Source: the human T2T-CHM13v2.0 reference genome, Homo sapiens. From it: a stretch of DNA of 64,000 nt. Shown here one piece after another: positions 15,011 to 27,687 of this stretch; position 1 is the first letter of the stretch; the number at the start of each line of letters is the position of its first letter. The stretch is taken from assembly GCF_009914755.1 (NCBI RefSeq), contig NC_060938.1, one strand, 5' to 3'. Made by a program: the position numbers and the translations under genes. The notes below the pieces were generated by a model. That model ran no database searches, was not told where the DNA came from, and was given only the letters and a program-made list of their open reading frames with translations.

Positions 15011-15221
15011 CAGGGTTCCTCAGCCTCAGCCCTACTGACATTTTGGGCGGGATCTCTCTTGTGGGGGTGTCCTGTGCATTGTAAGGTGTTTAGCTGTGTC
15101 ACTGGCCTCTACCCACTGGATGCCAGTAGCTGCTCCACAACCGTTATGACAATCTAAAATCTCTCTAGACATTGTCAAACACCTCCTGGAGGTCAAAATC
15201 ACTCTGGGCCGAGAATTACTC
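15011..15221 (+). mobile_element. MER20 (hAT-Charlie) DNA transposon
   Basis: ctactgacattttggg...tgtcctgtgcattgtaagg...ggcctctacccactggatgccagtagc; 8-bp TSD atctagac/atctagag at 15003-15010 and 15222-15229. Confidence 0.9.
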
Positions 15222-16849
15222 ATCTAGAGAGTTCCTGATGAAGGATGCAGAGGCAAGGACCACATTTCCCAGCTCTCTCTCACACCCTCTGTAAGGAGCA
15301 GCATGGATCACCAAGCACTATTGTTTCTGACAAGGCGTTTGCACACTCCTCAGTTATGTTTAAGGAAAACGTGGCTGTGAACACTATCTCAGCTGTCGCT
15401 TTCTAGCCCCAGTGCCGAGCAAAAGGTCAGGTTGGAGGGATGAGGTGAGCAGCTCAGGCTGCCTCAAAGGAGGCTGTTCCAGCAAGATTGTTCCATGCCA
15501 CATGTCACACCGGGTGGCATCCACAAAGGGACCCTTCTGATGGAATCTCAGAAGGGGGTCTCTCCCAGTGGGCCTAGGTCAGTAGAGAGGACTTGGTCAT
15601 AACATGAGATAGAAAAGCCAGCATTCCTCCCTGGTCACCAGGTGTTGGAGGGTCATCGCCTGGCTTCTCTGCCCCATGACCCTAATTCAGAGAGAAGAGA
15701 GCATTGCTCAGTGTAACTCTCTTACTTTAAAAAAGGGTTCTCTGCAACATGACTCTATATTTGGTGTCTCCTTTCTGTTTTCAGCTCAACAACAACCTTG
15801 GAAGGTAGACAGACTGGAAAGCATTGGCCCTATTTCATGGATGAGGAAACTGAGACTAAGGTTGAATGACTTTTCCCAAGAAGAACTCAAATCATTATAT
15901 CATGGACCAGATGAGTCCAAGCAACCCAAGTGTTTCCAGTGTGCAGGCTGCTGTTTGAAATGCAAACTTAGTTGGAAATTTGGGGTTGTTAGATTCCCAG
16001 CCATTTGCCATGATGAGCCTGGTGAGGACACAGGGTTTTGCAGAACATGTATGCCTCTCATCCTCCCTTAGGCAGGATACCTGAGGGATGGGTAAGAACC
16101 CAGTGGCCAGGGGAGGGGTTGGGGTGCTGGGGACGGGGTGCTTGTTCTTATGCATGTGGTGAGGACAACATGTGCAATTGTTCTTGTCCAGGACATGTTA
16201 GCCATCATTGCCCCTCTCCTGTTGTGTTTTCCTGCTACTCAACACAGTTGGTTCTGTTCTCCATAAAACAGTGATGAATCCCTCACAGGGGAATAGGTCT
16301 TGTTTTTGTTTTTGAGTAATGTAATGAAAATCTGGAAAGAGTTCACTAGTTCTGGAGAAAAGATAGGCCCTCGCTCTGTGGCTTATCCCCATGCCTATTA
16401 CCTTGGACGCTTTTGAGTATGCTGTTCTTCAAAGGATGCTCTTGTTTTATTTCAGAGTAATTAGTATTTATTAGATTAGCATTTTTTAATGAGACAAGCA
16501 ATTAGAACTCAGTGAGCTGGCAACATAACAAAGTAAATAGAGGGCATGGAGGTGGGGGATCCAGCTCAAAGGGAAGTGGAAGGGTCACCCACATCTTTCC
16601 AATGGTCCTGGAGGTACAGGGGCAGCAGGACAATGGGACATGTGGCTTATTGGGAAAGTGAGGGACGGAAGGGAGCTCCTATCAGCCTGGAATTGAACTG
16701 CAGGCACTGCATTCATTTTCATGCTTAACCCTCTCAACACCCAATGATAAAGAGCTGCTCTCCAGGAATGCCTGGAAATCCCCTGCGTCTCCATTAAACC
16801 AACATATTTATGAGCTTTTTTGGTGTATGAGGTCCTTTTATTTGATTAT

Positions 16850-17000
16850 CACAAATTATGAGACTTCTCTATTGTTATCCCTATTTGACAGGTGGGGAAA
16901 TTGAGGCCCAGACAAGTTAAGGGTCATAAACTTAAAAAAGCAAGTGTTTACTGGCAGAATTGTATGGAAACCCAGGCCTGCCCCTTCCATGGCACCATGC
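16850..17000 (-). mobile_element. MIR
   Basis: tatccctatttgacaggtggggaaattgaggcccaga. Confidence 0.65.
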
Positions 17001-18169
17001 TGTATCTCAACCTTGATCATAATGAGGTGTGACAACAAGAAACGGGGTCTGGGCCAAAAGATAGACGATGCATTTTGCGTGGGAGACAGGTTGCTGATGC
17101 ATTCAATGAAGAAACAATTTCCTGACATTTTGCATTTGGTTGTGGGCAGTGTAAGGTGAGGGAGACAGAGACTAATTAGATTTCTGGGAAACAGAGAAGT
17201 GGGTAGCAGCAAGATAGGAAGGAAGCTGAGAACTGGAAGGAGGACATATCCTCAGGGTGCAGACAACTGCGTGAAATGGGGGGCAACCAGGATGCCCTTT
17301 AAGAAGGAGAAATTGAAGCTGAATGTCGGTCTAGGTGCCCGCCTAACTAGAATAACCAGAGAGACTTCAGAGAAAATGAGAACTGGGGAGTGACAGTGAC
17401 TTCTGGCACTCAGACAGTGGTAAAGCTCATTGAGATGAATGTTTGAAATCCAGTTCTCTGCAAAGCCAGGAAGGAGACCATGGGGATCCCTATTTACTTT
17501 CTGTTTCTAGGCTCCATTGTGTCTCTCTTCTCAGAGCCATAAGAAGAATTTCTGAAGGCATCAAGTGCCTTAATTAGATTGGCAGGGTCACAGCCTCTCT
17601 TTAACCCTTTTGATGCACTCAAATGACCTGTTTCTTTTATGTAATTAAGCGTATGCAATGTTTCTTATAGAGGATAAATCATTTTCTTGCTTGATCACAT
17701 TTTCTACTTTGGCCCTTAAACTGAGAAATTCTATCTTTTTGGAAATGATGGAAAGAGGTTGTATCTGTTAGTTCACTCATATCAATTCATGACTCCCATA
17801 GATAGGAAGGGGACTTCATTGGTCTGGAGGAATGGGCAAAGGGACTGAGCATAGGTGTCTTGAGTTCTTCTGGGCTCTCCCTATTGGCATATCCAGTCTA
17901 AGATAATGTGTTTTCCTTTTGCTCCTGTCCTTCCATGGGGTAAGCAAACCTAGGTGAAGCCCAAATCAGTCTTGGCAACTCAAGACTTAGCCCTTCTGTG
18001 ATTAATCAGGTAGGATTAGCCCCTTTCTTAGCCCCTCTGTAATTAATCAGGTAGGAGTCAGTTTCAGTTCTCCTTCAGCTGCTTGGAGAGGTGTCTGCTC
18101 TGCATATCTGGCTTTCCCATTGTGTATATTCCATGATCTTTATGCTTCCCAGAGGAGACGATAGCTATG

Positions 18170-20200
18170 CTGAGATGTGAAAAATTACTGGGAATCAGCA
18201 AAGAGAAGATGCATTGGAAGAGCCATCCAAACAAAGGGCATGGCATGAGCAGTAAGGAGGTGAGACATGGGATGACGAAAGTAGGGACGGGCATGTGTCT
18301 GCTGTTTCCACAGCACAGGAGGTGAGGCGGGGAGTGGTAGGAGTCAGACTGGAGTGGTCAGTTTGGTCAATATCATGGCATCCTTAGATGCTGAGCTCTG
18401 GAGCTCTGACTTTATGATGTAGACTAATGAGTCCTAAAATACTTTTCTTAGAAAGCCAGTCCTGTGAAATGCTCCTTGGGAAAAGTCCTGAGGCCAAGTA
18501 TGTTTGGGTAATATCTTAGAGATTCCCAATAAACAGTAGCCCATTGGGCACTGAGAAGTCCTCCAATGAAGAAGACTATTCAGTTGATTAACTTGGTAAC
18601 CATTTTTAACATTCTGAAAAGCCATTTTTAAAAAAACCTCTTTGGTAAACACTGCTTATGGGCAATCCAGGGTCTTTGAAAGGTCTTAAAGAAGAGAGTG
18701 ATTCTATAGGATTTATCTTTAACAGTGTGGAGAATGGATTTGAAGGAAACAAGGCTGTGTATAGGAGACCAGTGAGGCAAGGGTTACAGGAATTCAGGGG
18801 AGAGATGCTAAGGATACACAGAGCACTAGGAGATATTAGGAAGTAAGCAGTTTCAGAGACATTTAGGACATAAAACAATCAGAACCTGGAAATCTATTGG
18901 ATGTGATGAGTGAGGGAAGGAAGAGTCAAGGATGACTTCCAGGTTAAATCAGGTTGATGGTCATGTCATCAACTAAGAGAAAGAGCACTTTGATATGTTG
19001 ACTTTGAGGAGTCAATGGTATGTCAAGGAATAGATCAGGTATGCAGATAGATTTGAGTCTGGCTCATGGAAGAAGTTCGGGTTGATGATACAGTCTTTGG
19101 AGTTGTCTGTATTTAGTTGGTGATTTGAATAAGAGCCCCCAGACAAGCGTATGTGTAAAGTTAAAAGAGTCATGGTCTACTACTATAACGTTAAGGAATA
19201 ACTTCAAGGGGCAGAAAGAGGAGGAGGTACCTATGAAGAATTTTGAGAAAGAATGAAAGTGGTATGAGATAAACCAGAAGCTGTTGCTCCATAGAAGTCA
19301 TGGTGGTAGGAGATTTAAGAAAAGTACAGTGACTCACAGAGTCAAATCTAAGAGACAGGCATAGTGAGATGAGGCATGGAGGAAGGATGTGGCCATTGGC
19401 TGTTGGAAGCTCCCTGATACCTTCCTGAGAGTGGTTCCAGGAGGGCAGTGGGAAGGAAGGCTGATTTTAATGGGCTCGGAAGTGAATGGAAGTCAGTGAA
19501 TGTCATGGAAGGCAAGTCCTTTGACAAGTTGGGAAGAGAAAAATATGAGAGATGGGATGACAACTGAAGTGAGAAAGATCTAAGTATGGAGCCAGTGAAG
19601 AAGGGGAGGCTGAGGTGCAGGAAAAGACGGGACAATTTATGGAACAACAAGAGCAAAGATGGAATTAGAGAGTTGAAAAAGGACAAGTGGAAGGTTTTGA
19701 CAACAGAGTAGGGAGCCCAACTGAGGAAAGACCATTAATTTTAGTATATTTGATCAATGTAGTTGCATGATTTTCCTCATGCTTGGCAATCTAGCATAGA
19801 AATAGAGAAGGTGGGGCACTGCATTGATGGAGTGATGGAGTTTCATCAGCTGGTTGCAGGGCACAAGAGAGGAGCAAGGGAATTAAGGATGTTGGTGAAA
19901 GAATGGCTTAGAAAGTCCATGTGGAGTAAAAGCACCAGAGGGATGAAAAATGGGCACAAACAATCCCAAAGACTGGGAGAAAAAGGACAGGCTGAAGGGG
20001 GAAGAGTGCTGATAAGGCCAATATGAAATAAAGTCTTGAGAAGATGGGATAGTTAGATCAGAGTATCTAATACTAGACATTATGACTTCAGAGGGAGGAA
20101 GGTCCCAGGGATGAGGAAGTAAAGGAAGTGGCTCAGAGAATAGATACTGAAAGGTCAATGAATTGGAGGCATAGGTGTTGCAGGGCCTGCTGCAGGGATG
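18170..20200 (-). mobile_element. L2 LINE fragments
   Basis: Purine-rich antisense L2 motifs (ggagaccagtgaggc, gagtcaaggatgacttccagg). Boundaries approximate. Confidence 0.6.
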
Positions 20201-20289
20201 ATGAGGCTAGAATAGATGACTTCCAAGGCCCCCGCTGGGTTTGCGATATAATGTGCTGGAAGGTGTCAGCCAGCATCTCCAGTGCTTGA

Positions 20290-21170
20290 GGTATACCTCC
20301 ACCTACTCACTCAACATCTCACCCAGATGTCACACAATCACCGTGAACTCAACTGGACAAAAATTGATTTCATTGCATTGTCCCTGAAGCCTGCTTCCCT
20401 TCCTGTGCTCCCTCTCCCAGTTAATGGCCCACCACCTATTCAATAACTCAAGTCAGAAATCTCCCCAACACAAGCCTCATCATTTCTATCTTTGATATAT
20501 CTCACAGTCCAGTGCTCTCCTCTTCGTGTCTCCCCAATACTATTACCACTTCACCCTCACGGGCCTCTGCTCTGTTACAGTAACTGCAGCCTGCCTAGTT
20601 TTCCTACCATGGAAAGCTGCCCCCACTCCCTCCATTCTGCCTTCAAGGTGCTCCTACAGTGATTCCCTTAAACTGTAACTCAGAGCATACCATTTTTCTG
20701 CTCAACAACAGAAGTTCGAACCCTTAACCAAGCATTCTATGCCCTTCAGTATCTGCTTCCAACCTCATTTCCAGCCTCATTGTCTGTATCTTCTATTCAC
20801 ACATCTTCAAGTTCCAGCCGAAGGAGTCTATCTCCTGTCCATGGCTTCTGAGTGTTCTAACTCTTTTTCTTTCTTCAGGCTGTTACTTCTGCCTAGAAAG
20901 TCTTCTACCTCCCCCAGTATGCCCTTTAAAATCCCACCCCCTTTTTTAGGACCAGTTCAAATGTCACCCCTTCCATTAATCTAATCTCCGTTTGCCTCTC
21001 TCCAACTAAAAGTAATATGCTCCTTTTGTAAATTCGCAAAGGATTTTAATGAAACTTCATACAGTTACAGCATTTTGTCTGGGCTTCTGGTCAATGCCAT
21101 GCACATCTCACCTGCCCTGTAACGCTGGGAGCAATTGGGAGTGGCAGCCAAGTCTTCATGTTTTTCCACA
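20290..21170 (+). mobile_element. L2 fragments
   Basis: Pyrimidine-rich sense L2 motifs (ctcccagttaatggccccaccacct, cagttcaaatgtcacccct). Confidence 0.55.
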
Positions 21171-21194
21171 TTGCTTCCTTTGAGGTAATGGGGG

Positions 21195-21405
21195 GCCTGT
21201 AGTTAGAGCCAAGTGGGAATCTCAGCTTCACCGCTTGGAAGCTGTGTGACTTGAGTACGTTTCTGAACCACTCTGAGTTTTAGTTTCCTCAACCCTAAAA
21301 CACGGATAATGATACTGACCTCCCAGCATTGCTGTGAGAATTAAATGAGGTAGCAAAGGCAAAGCAATGCCACTTGCCTGGCACATTGTAGGTGCTAACT
21401 AAACA
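21195..21405 (+). mobile_element. MIR
   Basis: agctgtgtgacttgag...cagcattgctgtgagaattaaatgag...cctggcacattgtaggtgct. Confidence 0.75.
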
Positions 21406-21506
21406 CCTCCTTTCCCTATGAAGTCATAGTTTTGAGTATGTGAAAAAATAAATGGAATGAAGGGAATCAGTTGTTACCTTTTGGACTCTCTTTTGGAGAG
21501 GACCTG

Positions 21507-21906
21507 TGGTATGGCTTGGATCTGTGTCCCCACCCAGACCTCAAGTTGAAATGCAATCCCCAGTGCTGGAGGTGGGACCCAGTGGTAGGTGATTGGATAA
21601 TGGGGGCAATTTCTCCTGGTTTAACACATCCCCCTAGTGCTGTTGTTGTAATAGAGTTCCCAGGAGATCTGGTGATTTAAAAGCATATGGCACCCCCGAC
21701 CTGGGCTTTTCCTTCTGCTACAGCCATGTGAGACATACCTGCTTCCTCTTTACCTTCCACCATGATTAAAAGTTTCCTGAGGCCTCCCAATAAGCCGCTA
21801 TGCTTCCTGTGCAGCCTGCAGAACCATGAGCGAATTAAACCTCTTTTCTTTATAAATTACCCAGTCTTGGGTATCTTTTATAGCAATACAAGAATAGACT
21901 AATACA
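21507..21906 (+). mobile_element. MSTA-like MaLR solo LTR
   Basis: tggtatggcttggatctgtgtccccaccca start; ...gactaataca end; 5-bp TSD acctg at 21502-21506 and 21907-21911. Confidence 0.9.
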
Positions 21907-22034
21907 ACCTGTTTACCAGGCAAGGGAAAGAAGCAAGGGGGTAGGACCAAAGAAGATTTCTCCTTTTTTACTTCCAGGATTTTCTTTAATGAACATCTCT
22001 TATGTTTTAAGTTAGAAAGCATTTCTATAAGTGT

Positions 22035-22192
22035 CTGTATATACACAAGAACATACATATAAGTATTTATATATATAAAGCACTTGTAAGTTTATAAACC
22101 CTTATATGTAAGTATATATGTATACACATGTTTATATATGTATATGTGTTTATATATAACATATATAAGTATATATGTGTGTTTGTAGACAT

Positions 22193-22223
<31 letters not shown>

Positions 22224-22250
22224 CACATATATATATACACACACATACTT
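22035..22250. repeat. Compound (TA)n/(CA)n/(TATG)n low-complexity tract
   Basis: Direct reading. Confidence 0.85.
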
Positions 22251-22925
22251 ATTTTATATTAGAAAAGCCTTTGTTCACTGACCACTCCAGAAATGTTTTG
22301 GGCTTGCTCTTGAGTTTTCATCTGAAGACTGCCAGCTAAGCCTGCTTTAAAATGATCATCTCTCTGAATAGTCTTGAAGTTACCCAGATCCTCTATGGAG
22401 ATCCCGCTCTCCCCTAATTTTCACATTCAATTTCCTTTCATTTTTCTCTAGGGCAACTCCTGCAATGAGAAGTTTTAATTGTTGTTCTCCACCAGGATAG
22501 GAAAGGGCACACAGAGCATGTTTAATATTTTGTTTTTCCTTTGGGAGTGGGTGATGGACGAGATGCATTCATGTGCTAATTCATCCCCAGATCATGTTGC
22601 TGCCATTCTCTTTGAGGTGGGGAGAACCATCATGCTGAGGATCCTGAGATATGCAGGGGCCACTCAAAAGCCCTAGAGAATGAGAGGTGCTGGGTGGGGA
22701 TGGGGGCCAATGTGAGTCTGATGTGGGATGTAGCTGAAAGAATACTGGTGAGGAGACAGCCCCATCTGTGTTTGGTCCCAGCTCTGCTGTGTCCTTACTT
22801 TGTGACATTAGGCAAATGCCTTATCTTTCTGGCCCTCAGCTTGGTCATTGGGAACATGAGAGCACAAACATCCATTTCCTAAGCCTCTTGGAGGGCTAAG
22901 CAAAGGTCATTAAAGACCCCAGCCA

Positions 22926-23291
22926 AAACCATCATTCTCAGCAAACTATTGCAAGAACAAAAAACCAAACACTGCATGTTTTCACTCATAGGTGGGAATT
23001 GAACAATGAGAACACTTGAACACAGGAAGGGGAACATCACACACCGGGGCCTGTTGTGGGGTGGGGGGACGGGGGAGGGATAGCATTAGGAGATATACCT
23101 AATGTAAATGACGAGTTAATGCAGCACACCAACGTGGCACATGTATACATATGTAACAAACCTGCACGTTGTGCATGTGTACCCTAGAACTTAAAATATG
23201 ATAAAAAAAAAAAAAGGAAAGAAAAAAACTCATAAAATAAAAAACATCACAATTGTAAATAAGGACAAAAAAAAAAAAAAAAAAAAGAGAG
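22926..23291 (+). mobile_element. 5'-truncated young L1PA 3' end with a probable 3' transduction
   Basis: Near-consensus L1PA 3' UTR (aaaccatcattctcagcaaact...ccctagaacttaaa); two A-tails; TSD agaccccagcca at 22914-22925 and 23292-23303. Confidence 0.9.
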
Positions 23292-23879
23292 AGACCCCAG
23301 CCACAGTTTCTATGCATGAAGTAAAGGCTCGATAGATGAAATCCCGGGCACCCATGGCTCCTCATCTGACTGGAGAATATGCCTTTTCAGAGAATGCTGA
23401 CATTCACGTGACATTCAATTTCAGGGCAAGCACCTACTAGGCATGTCCAGATGATATGGACATGTCTGCCTCTGTCCTCAGGACATGACAATCTAGTGGA
23501 GCTTGGGGAAGGATGAGGAGATATTGTCAGTCCTCAAGTTCAGAAGAGTTGGCTGGACCGAGCAGCGTCCTAGGGAGTGCATCGCAAAGGCGGCAGAAGA
23601 CTCCAGAAAGCAGCAGGAACAACCCATGCCCAAGATCTGACGCCAGAGGCATAGGCTTTGTTCCTGAATATTGACATTCTTCATTCACAGATGAAGAAAC
23701 AGAGGCCCGGGAAGGTTCAAGTGTCCTATCCAAAGACACAGGTTCTGCCTGACATACGGAACTCAGTAGCCACTTCTTGTATAAGTTAGAAAACTGTGAT
23801 GATACTCTTACTGCCAACTGGTCTTCAGAAGGTTTCTGGTCCTCCCCACCCTTCCACAATCCATTCTTCCTACTTGATC

Positions 23880-24452
23880 GCATCATTGTCCTAAGGAGCT
23901 GCCCTCATTCCTGCATGCTCTGGTGCAAAGACCTTTAATGGACTCCCACAGCACATGCGAGTCCTGGGGACAAAATCCAGGGCTCTTCAAAGCCTAACTT
24001 CAACTCGCCTGCCCAACCTTACCTCTGATTACAAAGTTCTTCTTGGTGGTCTCCTCCTAAGCACTCTAGGCTCTGGATTGCTATAACCTTTCATCTCACA
24101 ATCCTTGTCATTTCCTTCCTCCATGCCTTTGTTTATCTTAGTACTTTTCCTCACCATTTCCTTTGTTTTGCAAGCTCCTCCTCAGCACCTCCTGCCTTTG
24201 AAGTTCTAGTTAAATGTGACCTCCTTGGAAAGAACCATGTCCTGTGCTCACAAGGCACTGCCTGTCCCTCTGGAGTTGCCCCTTCACATCTTGCCATGGA
24301 GTGGAGCCATTTGTGTTCATTACTCACTCATGAGTGAGCTCCTCAAGAATGGGAGAATGAGGCTGATTTGCCTCTGTGACCCCAACTCCCACCCAGGGTT
24401 TGGCATGGAGGAGTTGCCCAGTATGCACTTACTGAATAAATAAATAAATGAG
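23880..24452 (+). mobile_element. L2 fragments including the 3' end
   Basis: ...tgagtgagctcctcaag...tgaataaataaataaatga terminus. Confidence 0.55.
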
Positions 24453-24689
24453 CATAGTTCCTGTTCATCTGCCAGGAGCTTGGGGTAAACAGGGCATGGT
24501 GGGGTGGGATGGGGTGGTTGACTGGAGGAATTGAGAACATATGAGTTGCTGAGAGGAGTGGGCTACAAAGGCTAAGAAGGAGGCTGGGCTCAGACAAGGA
24601 GCTATGGTGAGAATCCGGACCAGCCTGGGAGTTGTGTGTCATAGGTGCCATGATGGAGGTGGTGGGTAGACATCATAATGCCTGTTAGC

Positions 24690-25140
<451 letters not shown>

Positions 25141-25913
25141 CACCTCACCACACCATTCATGTGACATCCAACAAAGTGGTGCCTTCACCTGCTACTAAGT
25201 CTTGCTAGGGCTAGTTCCAGAGCCAAGACTATGAAGTGGACAATGATCTATGAAGCGCTAAGTGAACAGATGTCATGTAAATAGCTTGGATCTCTACGTG
25301 CATGTGTGCATTGTATATGTTTACCAAAGACCTTGTTACAGTGTTTTTAGGCATGGCTCACTTTATAAAGGTCGTCACAGTTGGCCAAGCTATCTGGTAT
25401 TTATTACTCATTTGATACTCACACCTGCTCAATGATGCTGGTATCATTACTCTCCATAATGATTTTCCTATCATTTTACAGATGGGGTTCAGAAAGATCA
25501 GGTGGTAGATCCATAGTCACACTCTAGTTAATTGATAGGACTGAGAATTCAATGCATGCCCACTGCCTTCTCTTACAAGTCTTGGGGTATTTGAGTGTAA
25601 TTCAATAATGACAACCCCTTCACTGTCCAAAAGGGGTGAATGGAACATCAAGCTGTCACAAAGGCTAGGTTGGAGGGCATGGCTTATATCCTTGGGTAAG
25701 TAGGCTTACTAAACTTAAACCCTAAAGTTGAACTGACTTAACTACCCAGTCCCAGCAGCTGGAGTGGGACAGGACACTGGGTCTATATGGAGAGGGGTCT
25801 GCCCAGATTAGCTTTAGGACGTGGAGAAGCAGAGAACTCATGTTCCTACAAACAGGTTCACTCTCAAGATAAAGACAAGGAACCAAACTCAGCCTGCCTG
25901 CTTCATTTTTTCA

Positions 25914-25946
25914 TATTTGCCAATCAGATAAGTCACTTCCGCCCCC
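25914..25946. promoter_or_regulatory. Compact motif cluster: FOX, CCAAT, GATA, ETS, GC box (candidate promoter or enhancer core)
   Basis: tatttgc-caatcagataagtcacttccgccccc. Motif content only; function untested. Confidence 0.4.
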
Positions 25947-26086
25947 AGAGAGATTTAATAAAGGAGCAGAGAAAGACTTCTAATAAAATTCCCTCCATAT
26001 GGAAGGAAAAGGAGATATCGGGAGTTACGTTAATCATGCTCATTTCTTAACAGTGCAAATATCAAGAGTTAGAAATTAGAGTTCCT

Positions 26087-26455
<369 letters not shown>

Positions 26456-26850
26456 TTACAAAGAAAATGTTTATCTTGCCTAACTTTAAAGTCACACATG
26501 CCTGGGAACTTCCAACTAGAACACAGCTGGCAAAGCAGACACCCTCTCCCTGCAGCCTCGTTGAAAATGACCTCCTTTACATTTCCTCATTGAGAATCTG
26601 CCCAGTGAGGACTGTGGCAGAAGAGAGTCAGGGAGAATTTTCTAGCTGATTAGGGTTAGAAAATGAAGACGAGGGCTCTCTTGTAATCAGCAGGAAGCTA
26701 TGATAGAAAAGAATGCCTTTTAAATTTGAAGTGCAAAACTAGAAAATAGAAAATTATTAGGGGGGTTTGATGTGAAGTTTCGGAACTCTTTTCAAGACTG
26801 TGTGTTTTGAAGATAAGATTTTAAATAATGTAGGAACGTACAGTCTATAC

Positions 26851-27329
26851 TGGTGGGTTCAGGATATGCTAACCCAAAATATGGCACCTTGGTGTTTGAG
26901 AAAATGGCGGAAGCAGGAAGGTCATTCTCACCATCCACCTCCCTTTCCCCCTCCTGAAGCAGGTCTTCTTTGAAAGGCCCCTCCCTGTAACCAGAAGAAA
27001 GGAACATTCTTACCTTTGAAGTCACAGGGTCACAGAGAAGAATCTGAACAGGACTTACTAAATTCTTCCAGTTTGTCACCATTTGCTCATACCATCTTTG
27101 TCCAGTTATATTTCTCCAAAGCTATCCACTCTTCATCAAACTTAGCATAAAAATTGTAAAACCTTACACATTTCTTCAGGTCTTCCTTTTCCTTAGGAAG
27201 CCTCCCATGTCACATGAAACTTAAATAAAATAAATCTGTATGCTTTTCTCTTGTTAATCTGTCTTTGCGAGGCCTCAGCCATGAATTTAGTGATAGATGA
27301 ATTTAGTGATAGATTCTTCCTCCCCTACA
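26851..27329 (+). mobile_element. MER34-family ERV1 solo LTR
   Basis: tggtgggttcaggatatgctaacccaaaatatggcaccttgg start; AATAAA then ...tcctcccctaca end. Confidence 0.7.
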
Positions 27330-27399
27330 GTGCCTAGAAATGCATTAGGTTAAATGTAATAATAATTGAAAATTGCCAAAGTGTCCCTGGGTATTTATC

Positions 27400-27540
27400 C
27401 CTTTTTTAAAAAATCAGCTTTATGGAGGCATAATTTACATTCAATAAAATTTACCAATTTTAAGTGTATAATTTATAAATTTTGACAAGAGTATGCGGTC
27501 ATGTAATCACTAATAATAATTATTGATTAGAAAAATATCA
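27400..27540 (-). mobile_element. L1M 3' end fragment
   Basis: cagctttatggaggcataatttaca...ttttaagtgtata. Confidence 0.65.
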
Positions 27541-27687
27541 AACTCTTCCTATAGTGTTTGTGTCTTTTATAAAGCTTCATGAGGTTATTCAGTGTTCTCT
27601 AAGACTTACCAGATTTAACTAATTTTATAGAAAATTCTACTTTTGATTAAGGAGTGATTGAAAACCTTCCTTGCCATCGGCGTGCAC

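Noticed and set aside
16774-16783. Isolated NF-kB consensus GGAAATCCCC (another, GGGAATCCCC, near 54224)
   Set aside because: Single degenerate 10-mers are expected by chance in 64 kb and lack supporting context.
23050-23080. G-quadruplex motif
   Set aside because: Standard feature of the L1PA 3' UTR; not specific to this locus.
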